Source: an uncultured delta proteobacterium (GTDB lineage: Bacteria > Desulfobacterota > Binatia > UBA9968). From it: 64,000 bases of DNA. Below the pieces are notes generated by a model. That model worked only from the letters and a program-made list of their open reading frames with translations, made no database searches and was not told the origin of the DNA. Positions 10,501 through 19,900 of the stretch are shown one piece after another. The stretch's first letter is position 1. Each line of letters opens with the position of its first letter. The stretch is taken from positions 32,001 to 96,000 of the forward strand of contig CAVYTU010000018.1 of NCBI GenBank assembly GCA_963771465.1. The letters are read 5' to 3'. A program made the position numbers and the translations under genes.

Positions 10501-13500
10501 GTAAGAATGGCGACTTTGCCGCTCACGAGCAACGGTAAAATCGATCGCGCCGCCCTGCCAAAACCGGATCGAGGTCGGTGCGAGCTTGGCCGGCGCCGCG
10601 CCGCACCTCGGTCCATCGAGGAAGAAAAGCTCTGGCAAATCTGGAGCGGGGTTCTCGGCATTGACGACCTTGGAATCGAGGACAACTTCTTCGAGCTCGG
10701 CGGCGATTCGATCTTGGCCATCCAAGTGATCAGTAAGGCTCGACAGATGGGATTGCAACTTGCGCCCAAAGATTTATTTCAGCATCCAACGATTGCCGAT
10801 TTGGCTGCCGTGCCGGCTACAAGCTCGCCAACGAAAGCCAACGAAGGTGTTACCGTCGGACGAGTTGATCTCACACCGATTCAGCGCTGGTTCTTTGAGC
10901 AGAATCTCGCGGAAATGCATCACTGGAATCAGGCCTTCCTGTTTGAAACCGTGCAACCGTTGGCTGCCGACGTTTTAGAGGATGCGCTGAATGAAGTCGT
11001 GCGCCACCACGACGTATTTCGTCTCGGCTTCACGCGCTGCGGGACGACTTGGGAACAAGCCTATGGGGACGAACAACGGCCGTTTTCCCTTTTGCGTATC
11101 GACCTGTCGATGGTCGCTGAGTCCGAGCAGGAAAACGAGATCGAATCGAGCGCTGCCAAACTTCAGGGATCTCTAGATCTTGCGTCGGGCAAGCTTGTCC
11201 GCGCCGCCTACTTCGATCTCGGCGAACATCGCTCTCCAAGGCTACTATGGATCGTGCATCATCTGATCGTCGACGGCGTCTCGTGGCGCATTCTGCTTGA
11301 GGATCTCGAAACCGCGTACGTGAAATTCCTTGCTAAGCAGCCGGTCTTGTTGCCGGCCAGAACGAGCTCCTACCAGACCTGGGCTGCGACGTTGAACAAA
11401 TACGCAGAGAGGCCTGAGGCGCAGGACGAGCTCAATTACTGGAGCCGGGTACTGGACGGTCCGACGACGGAATTGCCGTGCGATTCGGCGGCGGATTCGA
11501 TGAATTTAGAAAACCGCGCCGAAACCGTTACGGTGCGGCTCAGCCGCGCGGAAACGCGCGCGCTCCTTCAGCAGGTTCCGGCTGCCCAACATGCAGAAAT
11601 CAACGATATTTTGTTGGCCGCGCTTGCCGACTGTTTGAAAACCTGGACGAGAGCCGATTCGTTGCTGGTGGATTTAGAAGGGCATGGTCGAACTGAGATC
11701 GCTGAAAATATCGACGTATCCCGTACCGTCGGTTGGTTTACGACTATTCATCCGCTGCGACTCGATCTGTGTCGGGGCGCGACGCTGGCCGAGAGGGTCA
11801 AAACTACCAGAGACCGCCTTCGTGCTGTTCCCGATAAGGGTTTAGGTTTCGGTATTCTGCGCTACGGAATTGCCAACCCGCAAGCGCGCGCCGCGCTCGC
11901 TGCGTTAGCTCAGCCGGAGATTTCGTTCAATTACCTCGGTCAATTCGACCAAGTGGTCGCCGGTTCTTCGTTGTTTCGGTTCGCCAAAGAATCCTGCGGT
12001 CCTTGGCATAGCCCTTTGGCGCAGCGACGCTATCTTCTGGAAATACTTTCGCTGGTTGCCAACGGCTGCTTCGAAGTCCGGTGGATATTCAACTCCAATC
12101 GACACCGACGAACTACCATCGAAGCCCTTGCGCAAGGATATCTGACGGCGCTGCGTTCGCTGATCAGCGATCGTGCCACGGTTCATCCGGTCGAGGTCGT
12201 TCCAGCCGACTTCCCGCTCGCGCTATTAGATCAGCCAACGCTCGATCGCGTGGCGCGCGATTATCCCAATCTCGAGGATGTCTACCCGCTGTCCTCGATG
12301 CAAAAACTATTTCTCTCGATGGATGCGGTGGGCTCGAAACTAGGACTCGAACAATGGCATTACCAACTGTGCGGCCGGCTCAACATTGACGCTTTCAAAT
12401 GCGCGTGGCAGCGAGTGATTCAGCGTCACCCGATTTTGCGCAGCGCATTTCTCGCGGATGGATTGAGCGAACCGTTGCAGGTGGTGTCACGCCACGTCGA
12501 GCTGTCGTGGGATAACCTCGATTGGCGAACACAACCCGCCGAGGAACAGAAACTGCGCTGGCAAAGCTTGCTCCAGTCTGACCGCCATCGCGGCTTCGAC
12601 CTGCACCGAGCGCCGCTGCTGCGCCTCATACTTATCCGGACTACAGACGACATCTATGATTTCCTTTGGACCACCCATCATATGCTGATCGATGGCTGGT
12701 CATGGCCGGTGCTCTTCAGCGAGCTGGCGCAATTCTACGAAGAGGCTTGCGTCGGGCGGGAAGCGGAGATCGAACCACCTTGCCCGTACCGTAATTACAT
12801 CGCTTGGTTGGGACAGTGCGACGCCAAAAAGGCCGAAGCGTTTTGGCGCGGCGAGCTCAAAGGCATCAATGCTCCGACCCGTATCGGCCTCGATGGTCGG
12901 CGCGATGAATTATCGTCCCGCGCAGACGAGTTTGGCGATGCGAGCATCCATTTGTCGAGCGAAACCACTTTGGCACTGCAGACGCTTGGCCGCTGCGAAC
13001 ACTTAACTCTCAACACCTTGATGCAAGGCGCTTGGGCCTTGCTTCTCAGCCGATATAGCGGACAGCGGGATATTCTTTTCGGCGCTGCTTGTTCCGGTCG
13101 CTCGGCCGAAATTACGGGAATCCACGCCATGGTCGGCCCGTGCGTCAACGACCTCCCGGTCCGAGTGCAAATTGTGCCGCGTTCGACGCTGGGCGGTTGG
13201 TTGAGAAATTTTCAGGCAAGACAATTCGCCGCCAGCGAATTCCAATACAGCTCGGTAATCGAAGTTCATGGGTGGAGCGAAGTTCCGATGCGTCAGCAGC
13301 TGTTCGAGAGTTTGCTCGTGTTTCAAAACTATGCGACGGGTAGCGCCTGCCAACAGCTCGGCCCCGAGATCCAAATCCGCATGGTAGCGGCTCCGGAAAC
13401 GACAAACTATCCGTTGACGTTGACAATCGTGCCCGGAAACCAATTGGGCGTGAAAATTCTTTACCGGGCGGACCGATTCTCCAGCGTGTCTATTCGATCC

Positions 13501-13989
13501 GTTGTGCAAGATCTCCAACGCTTGATCGAAGCGATGGTTCGTAACCCGCAACGGACGACTGCCGAAATTCTCGCCGACTTGCCACCGCTCCAGCACCGAG
13601 GGCCAGAGGAGCTTGCCGCGGCCACGAACATTCATACCGCCGTCCGTATGCTGAGCTCGGCCGGCCCGGCGCCGCAAACGAATTCAGAAAAAATCGTATC
13701 GGCCATTTGGCGTGGTCTCTTCGAGGTGCCTCAGGTCAATCTTGACAGCAATTTTTTTGACCTGGGCGGTCATTCCTTGCTGCTCGTCGAAATGCACAAA
13801 CAACTGGAAAATTCACTCGGTCGCCGCTTGCCGATTGTACAATTATTTCAGCATGCGACGGTGCGCTCGTTGGCTCGCTACCTGACTGCCGAGTCGCCGC
13901 GGAAAACGAATCTCGAGGAGTACCGCAATCGTGCACAACGCCAGCAACGCGCCTTGCCCCAGCGGTCGCGTGCGGGACGGAAAAACTGA
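7501..13989 (+). CDS. Non-ribosomal peptide synthetase C-A-T-E-C-T
   Basis: C HHILLDG; A YVIYTSGSTGKPKG / YGITETT / YRTGD / NGKIDR with pocket DFWNIGMVHK read by eye (Thr code); T LGGDSI; E HHLIVDGVSW, EGHGR, RTVGWFT, FNYLGQFD; second C HHMLIDG; terminal T LGGHSL. Confidence 0.97.
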   Translation: MEKATCNTIQCDELLEAKAAVAENSLETTILASGRERRVTDAETFGSSCSANPQTSARVESYGLSPIQKGMLFHHLDARDSGVDVEQVICALDEALHKEAFGSAWQGVINRHAILRTCFRWQAGEAQQDVHDSATIELEEIDWLGVRSEEQDERWSRLLVTDRRRGFDLSVMPLMRLTLIALAPNRFRVLWTFHHILLDGRSFPIILREVFDAYSAIREGKRISLSEPKPYREYIDWLSQQDFARSEEYWREALRGFRTPVEISLPNTPEDPAEIRGAKDFRELRFSRALTDKLRAFAKKHQLTLNTLLQGAWALLLHHYSGEEDIVFGATRACRRSALEGADDRVGLFINTLPMRVCVSSDGMLADLFHALREQQTSMRDYEHTPLSQVQRWSEVPRGRQLFESIIVFENYHLDTLLRAQGGEWLNRHFDYFGQTNYPLTVIAYADPEFLLRIEYDCRRFNGGSITRMAGHLANLLEGLCGEGMQRVHDVPLATREEQEQLLEAPMSDSINAASDTCLHQLFEAQVEKTPHAVAVVCQGKSLTYGELNREAEKIAYRLRRSGVGPEVLVGLCVDRSVELVIGIVGILKAGGAYLPLDPSYPKERLAFMLDDASVSVLLTQAHLTGCLPDHQAAVIHFDHDDETTCPEPLSAETELAGVNPDNLAYVIYTSGSTGKPKGVLITHRNVARLFPATAPWFGFDPSDVWTLFHSYAFDFSVWEMWGALLHGGRLVIVPHDVSRSPEEFAALIAREQVTVLNQTPSAFRQLLPYLAASIEPDALSLRYVIFGGEALDVKTLKPWFDRYGERTPRLVNMYGITETTVHVTYRPITRADLDGHVGSVIGSPIPDLGLYLLNSHRQPVPVGVAGEIYVGGAGVARGYLQRPELTAERFIVDPFSRDAQARLYRTGDRARRLPNGDLEYLGRIDQQVKIRGFRIELGEIESELSRHPAVKQTVVVAREDLPGDKRLVAYFVADRDLDLADLRAGLCAQLPAHMVPAAFVRMATLPLTSNGKIDRAALPKPDRGRCELGRRRAAPRSIEEEKLWQIWSGVLGIDDLGIEDNFFELGGDSILAIQVISKARQMGLQLAPKDLFQHPTIADLAAVPATSSPTKANEGVTVGRVDLTPIQRWFFEQNLAEMHHWNQAFLFETVQPLAADVLEDALNEVVRHHDVFRLGFTRCGTTWEQAYGDEQRPFSLLRIDLSMVAESEQENEIESSAAKLQGSLDLASGKLVRAAYFDLGEHRSPRLLWIVHHLIVDGVSWRILLEDLETAYVKFLAKQPVLLPARTSSYQTWAATLNKYAERPEAQDELNYWSRVLDGPTTELPCDSAADSMNLENRAETVTVRLSRAETRALLQQVPAAQHAEINDILLAALADCLKTWTRADSLLVDLEGHGRTEIAENIDVSRTVGWFTTIHPLRLDLCRGATLAERVKTTRDRLRAVPDKGLGFGILRYGIANPQARAALAALAQPEISFNYLGQFDQVVAGSSLFRFAKESCGPWHSPLAQRRYLLEILSLVANGCFEVRWIFNSNRHRRTTIEALAQGYLTALRSLISDRATVHPVEVVPADFPLALLDQPTLDRVARDYPNLEDVYPLSSMQKLFLSMDAVGSKLGLEQWHYQLCGRLNIDAFKCAWQRVIQRHPILRSAFLADGLSEPLQVVSRHVELSWDNLDWRTQPAEEQKLRWQSLLQSDRHRGFDLHRAPLLRLILIRTTDDIYDFLWTTHHMLIDGWSWPVLFSELAQFYEEACVGREAEIEPPCPYRNYIAWLGQCDAKKAEAFWRGELKGINAPTRIGLDGRRDELSSRADEFGDASIHLSSETTLALQTLGRCEHLTLNTLMQGAWALLLSRYSGQRDILFGAACSGRSAEITGIHAMVGPCVNDLPVRVQIVPRSTLGGWLRNFQARQFAASEFQYSSVIEVHGWSEVPMRQQLFESLLVFQNYATGSACQQLGPEIQIRMVAAPETTNYPLTLTIVPGNQLGVKILYRADRFSSVSIRSVVQDLQRLIEAMVRNPQRTTAEILADLPPLQHRGPEELAAATNIHTAVRMLSSAGPAPQTNSEKIVSAIWRGLFEVPQVNLDSNFFDLGGHSLLLVEMHKQLENSLGRRLPIVQLFQHATVRSLARYLTAESPRKTNLEEYRNRAQRQQRALPQRSRAGRKN

Positions 13990-13991
13990 TC

Positions 13992-16900
13992 ATGTCCCAT
14001 AGCGAGCACTACGATCCAAAGGCCGGCATCGCCATCGTCGGCATGGCCGGACGTTTTCCCGGCGCGAACAACATCGACGAGTTTTGGCGAAATCTCGTCG
14101 CTGGGGTGGAGAGCATCTCGCATTTTACCGAAGCCGAGTTGGAGTTCTCGCCGCTGGAAGATGCCGGCCTGCGCAGGGATTCAAATTATGTGAAGGCGCG
14201 CGGCACGATCGACAATGCCGACTTATTCGACGCCGCGTTTTTCGGTATCAATCCGCGCGAGGCGGAAACGATGGATCCGCAACAACGAGTGTTTCTCGAG
14301 ACCGCTTGGGTGGCGCTCGAACACGCCGGTTACGACGCACGAATGTTTAAAGGCCTGATCGGCATTTTCGCGGGCATGAGCAACAACAGTTACTTTCCAT
14401 TACTGACGGCGGCGGGCGGAGTCGATAGAGCGGCATCCCTGCAAGCCATGCTAGGAAACGAAAAAGATTATCTTACGACGCGAGTGTCCTATCATCTTAA
14501 CCTGCGCGGACCGAGCATTAGCGTGCAAACCGCATGCTCGAGCTCGCTGGTGGCGGTTTACCAGGCGTTTCAGAGCTTGCTCGGCTATCAGTGCGATATG
14601 GCGCTCGCCGGCGGCGTCTCCGTTGTCGTGCCGCAGAAACGCGGTTATCTCCACTATGAAGGCGCAATCACATCTCCGGACGGCCATTGTCGGGCCTTTG
14701 ATGCCGCGGCGCAGGGAACGGTGTTTAGCAACGGCGCCGGCATTGTCGTCCTGAAGCGCCTGCAGGACGCGCTTGACGATGGCGATCAAATCTTCGCGGT
14801 AATCAAGGGCGCGGCGGTAAACAACGATGGCTCCGATCGAGTCAGTTTCGCTGCGCCCAACGTGAACGGCCAAAGCGAAGCGATCGCTATGGCTCAAGCC
14901 TTGGCTGGTTTCGACCCGGAAACGATTTCCTACATTGAAGCTCATGGCACGGCAACGCCCCTCGGCGATCCGATTGAAATAGCCGGACTGACGCAGGCGT
15001 TTCGTCTCGGCACGGACGGCAACGGATTTTGCGCCATCGGGTCGGTGAAGACCAATATCGGACATCTCGACGTCGCCGCCGGTGTGGCGGGATTGATCAA
15101 GACCGCGCTGGCGCTCAAGCACAAGAAGATTCCGGCAAGCCTGCACTACAAAAGTCCCAATCCGAAAATTGACTTCGCCAACACGCCCTTTTACGTCAAT
15201 GCCGAGTTGAGCGATTGGCCGGCAGGAACAACGCCCCGCCGGGCCGGCGTCAGCTCATTCGGCTCCGGCGGCACCAACGCCCATGTGCTTCTCGAAGAAG
15301 CGCCGGCGCTGGAACCTTCCGCCGCGGCGCGATCGGCGGAGTTGATCGTGCTTTCTGCGAAGACCGCAGAAGCGCTCGATCGGACAACGAAAGATTTGGC
15401 AGAACACTTGGCGAACCATCCCGAGCTCAACTTGGGTGATGTCGCGCACACGCTGCACTGCGGTCGGTCGGCGTTTGCCCATCGACGTATGGTCGTCTGT
15501 CGCGATCTTGCTGACGGCGCGGATGCTCTTCGCAGCATGAACCCCAAGCGCGTCGTCACGAACCATAACGAACACAAAGCGCCGTCCATCGCTTTCATGT
15601 TTCCCGGCCAAGGCGCTCAGTACGTCAACATGGGCCGCGGACTCTATGAAGAAAGTTCCTTTTTCCGCAACCAAGTGGCCGAGTGCGCCGAATCGCTCGC
15701 CGCCAAGTTAGGGCTGGACATCCGGACGGTTTTGTATCCAGCAGCCGCTCACCGAGAGCGCGCGGAAGAGCTCCTGTCGCAAGCTTCAATCACACAGCCG
15801 GCGCTGTTCGTCGTCGAGTATGCGCTCGCCAGGTTGTGGATCGAGTGGGGTATTGAGCCGAGTTTCGTGGTTGGCCACAGCTTGGGCGAGTACGTCGCGG
15901 CGTGCCTAGCTGGGGTGTTCTCGCGCGACGATGCATTGAACTTGGTCGTTGAGCGCGCTCGTCTTGTGCAGTCGCTTCCCAGCGGCTCCATGCTCGCGAT
16001 CCGTTTATCCGCTTCTGAAGTTGAACGGAGCTTGAGCAAAGAGCTTTCGATCGCAGCGATCAACAGCCCGACGCTGACCGTCGTTTCCGGGCTCGTCGAA
16101 GCCATTCAAACGTTAGAGAATGAGCTAACAACCGAGAAGATTCCCTGCCGCCGTCTCGTGACATCCCACGCGTTTCACTCGGCGATGCTCGATCCCATCC
16201 TGCCGCCTTTTCGAGAAATCGTGCGCGGCATTCGCCTTGGCGAGCCGCGCTTACCCTGGGTTTCCACGCTGACCGGCGCCATCATCACCGTCGCGGAGGC
16301 GATGGATCCGGAATACTGGGTGAGACAGTTGCGCGAGCCGGTTCACTTCGCCGACAGCGTTGGCGTTCTGCTCAAGGATGAAGTCCACGCTTTGCTCGAA
16401 GTAGGGCCGGGTCAAGGGTTGGCCACGCTCGCACGCCAACACCCGAGCAAACGCCCAGACCAAGAAATTTTCCTCTCTTTACTATCCAGTCAGACTGCCG
16501 GCGGGGATTTAGACGGCATGCTCAATTCATTGGGTCGTTTGTGGTTGGCGGGCGCGGAAGTTGATGGGTCGCGGATGGACGATGAAAAACGACGTCTGCG
16601 CGTAGCCTTGCCCAGCTATCCATTCGACCGCAAGCGCTTCTGGCCGTCGGTGCGAAGGCTTGCCGGTGACGAAAAGAATCCGCCGCCGGAAGCGAGGAAT
16701 GGAAAAATTTCATTACCTGTGGTTGCCCCGCCCGCTGCAGCGATGATCGCAGAGCCGAATGATGTAAGCGCGTTTCACGACTTGAACGGGGTAGCGCCGA
16801 CACGCTGTCACCGCGAGGACGTCTTGGAGCGGCTGCAAACGCTTTTTAGCGAGATCTCGGGCATCGCCGCTGAAGATCTGCTGCCACACGCTTCGTTTCT

Positions 16901-19900
16901 GGAACTCGGGCTCGATTCGCTCCTGCTGACGCAAGCAAGCGCTGCGCTACTCAAGCGCTTCGGCGTGAAAGTGTCGTTCCGCCAGCTCCTCGAGGAATTG
17001 TCGAGCTTGGAAACCTTGGCCGACCATCTCGCAGCTTCTATCCCACAAAGCGAGGAAATGCACAAACGCGTCGCTCGGCCACCGGTCTGCAACCAGCGGG
17101 AAATGAACGACCAACCTTCGGTTGTCGGAAGCCCAGCCGTGTTCGGCGCGCTCCCGGCGGATCTGTTTAGCTTGGCACAGATAGCCAACTCTGACGGCAC
17201 GGCGCTCGAGCGAATCTTCGCCAGGCAATTGGATCTGATGCAGCAACAACTCGATATGCTAAAGACGAGCGGCGGTGTAAATCCAGGCGGCAATATAGCT
17301 GTCAACTCTGCGCCGAAAGCTTCGTCGAGCAAGATCGAACCGATTGCGACATTAGCCGCGGCAGGGGAAGTCGGAAGGAGACCTATCGGGGAAAAAGGTT
17401 TTGGACCGTACAAACCGATCCAGACGGGCAAACAGCATCAACTGACCGAGCGCCAGCAGCAATATCTAAACGACTTCATCGCACGCTACACGACGCTCAC
17501 GCGCAAATCGAAGATACTTACCGCTGAGCACCGGGCTCATCTCGCCGATCCGCGCACGGTTGCGGGATTCCGCTCGACGTGGAAGGAGCTTATCTATCCG
17601 GTCGTGACCGAACGTTCCGCCGGCTCGAAACTTTGGGACGTGGACGGCAACGAATACATCGATTTGACCAATGGTTTCGGCGCGATTCTCTTTGGTCACG
17701 GGCCGGAGTTCGTGACGACGGCGCTTCAAGAGCAAATCAAAAAGGGTATGGAGATCGGTCCGCAATCGCCGCTCGCGGGTGAAGTTGCGGCGCTACTCTG
17801 TGAGCTCACCGGCATGGAGCGGGCAGCGTTCTGCAATACCGGCTCGGAGGCCGTGCTGGCGGCGCTACGTATTGCTCGCACGGTAACCGGGCGCGATAAG
17901 ATCGCCATGTTCACCGGTGATTACCATGGCATTTTTGATGAGGTGGTCGTGCGCGCGGTCGGCGGCACAAAGTCGCGTCCAGCGGCGCCCGGCATACCGT
18001 CGAGCATGGCCGAAAACGTCATCGTGCTCGAGTACGGTGATCCGGCGTCCTTGCCAATTCTACGCGACCACGCTCATGAGTTGGCGGCGGTCATCGTCGA
18101 GCCGGTGCAAAGTCGCCGACTGGACCTGCAACCGAAGGAATTCTTGCGGGAGCTTCGTGAGCTCACGGCACGAGCGGGAACAGCGCTGATTTTCGACGAA
18201 ATCGTCACCGGTTTTCGCTCGCATCTCGGTGGCGCGCAGGCGATCTTCGACGTGCGCGCGGATATCGCGACCTACGGCAAGGTCATCGGCGGCGGACTGC
18301 CGATCGGTATCGTCGCCGGCAAAGCGGAGTTCATGGACGCCCTCGACGGCGGCCCATGGATGTTTGGCGACGACTCGGCGCCCGAAGTCGGAATGACGTT
18401 TTTTGCCGGAACGTTTATGCGTCACCCGCTGGCACTCGCCGCGACCAAAGCGTGCCTGACGCACCTCAAAGAGAAGAGCCCGGAGCTGCAGGAACGATTA
18501 AGTCACCGAACCAAAAACTTGGTCGACGGCCTGCTCGCACACGCCAAGGAACTTCAGATACCGGTACGCATCACGCACTTTAGCTCTTTGTTCGCCTTCG
18601 AATTTCCACCCGAGCTCCCTTTGGCGAGTCTCTTTTATCCGATGATGCGCGCGCGCGGGATTCACATCTGGGAAGGCCGCCTCGGCATACTCACTACGGC
18701 GCATACGGATCAGGATATCGATCGCATCCTCGTCGCTTTCAGAGATTGCCTGGCGGAAATGCAGCACGCCGAATTCTTGCCGATAGCTGCAGTCGGGGAG
18801 AACAGCGATGATCGAGCGGACGCGGACGAGGATGGCGCCGATTCGGTCATCGCGGCCACCGACGGCCAGCGCGAAATTTGGCTCGCCGCGCAAATGAGCG
18901 ACGATGCGTCTCGGGCGTTTACCGACTGCTTGACCGTGGAGTTGCGTGGACCGCTGCAAATCGTCGCGCTGAACCGCGCCATTCAGGAGCTAGTAACGCG
19001 CCATGATTCGTTGCGGATGACCTTCAGCGACGACGGCGAATCCCTGTGGGTGACGCCGCAAGTCGAGATCGATCTACCCGTAATCGATCTCGGCCCCGTC
19101 AACCTGGAAGAACGATCGCAGCGATTGGCGCAGATCGTAACCGAGCAGCGCACGAAAACATTCGACTTGAGCCGAGAATTCATGTTGCGCAGCGTCGTCT
19201 TACGAATGGCGGCCGACCATCACGTATTGGTTATGACGACTCACCATGCCGCCGTCGATGGTTGGTCTTTCGGCGTGTTGTTGGCGGAGCTTGGCAGACT
19301 TTATTCGGCAAAGTGTCGCAGTGAGGTATCCGCGCTACCGTCGGCTCCGCAATTCGCCACGTATGCCCGCCGCGAGATCGCAGCACGGCGATCTGAAGAG
19401 TGGAACGCAACGGAAAAATTTTGGCTCGATCAATTCACGACTCTGCCGCCGCCGCTGGAGCTGCCACTCGATCGACCACGGGCCAATGTGAAGAGTTACC
19501 TGGCCCGGCGACGCCACGTCGTTTTGCCGAGCGCGCGCGGCCGGGAGCTACGCCGGTTCGCGGCGCAACATGGTGCCACACTGTTCTCGACTTTGCTGGC
19601 CGCCTTCAACGTTCTGCTCCACCGTCTGAGCGGTCAGGATGACATCGTTGTCGGAATCTCCGTGGCAGGACAGTTGGCCGGCGATACGCCGGACCTGGTC
19701 GGCCACTGCGTGAATTTCCTGCCGTTGCGCCATCGAATCGATGCCAACCGGAGCTTTACAACCTATCTTTCGGCGGTAAAGAGTTTGGTTTTAGACGCCC
19801 ACGATCATCAAAGCTATACCTACGGCAGTTTGTTGCGGAAGCTCAAGCTACCGCGCGACGGCGGCCGCGCGCCGCTGATGTCGGCGAGCTTCAATTTGGA

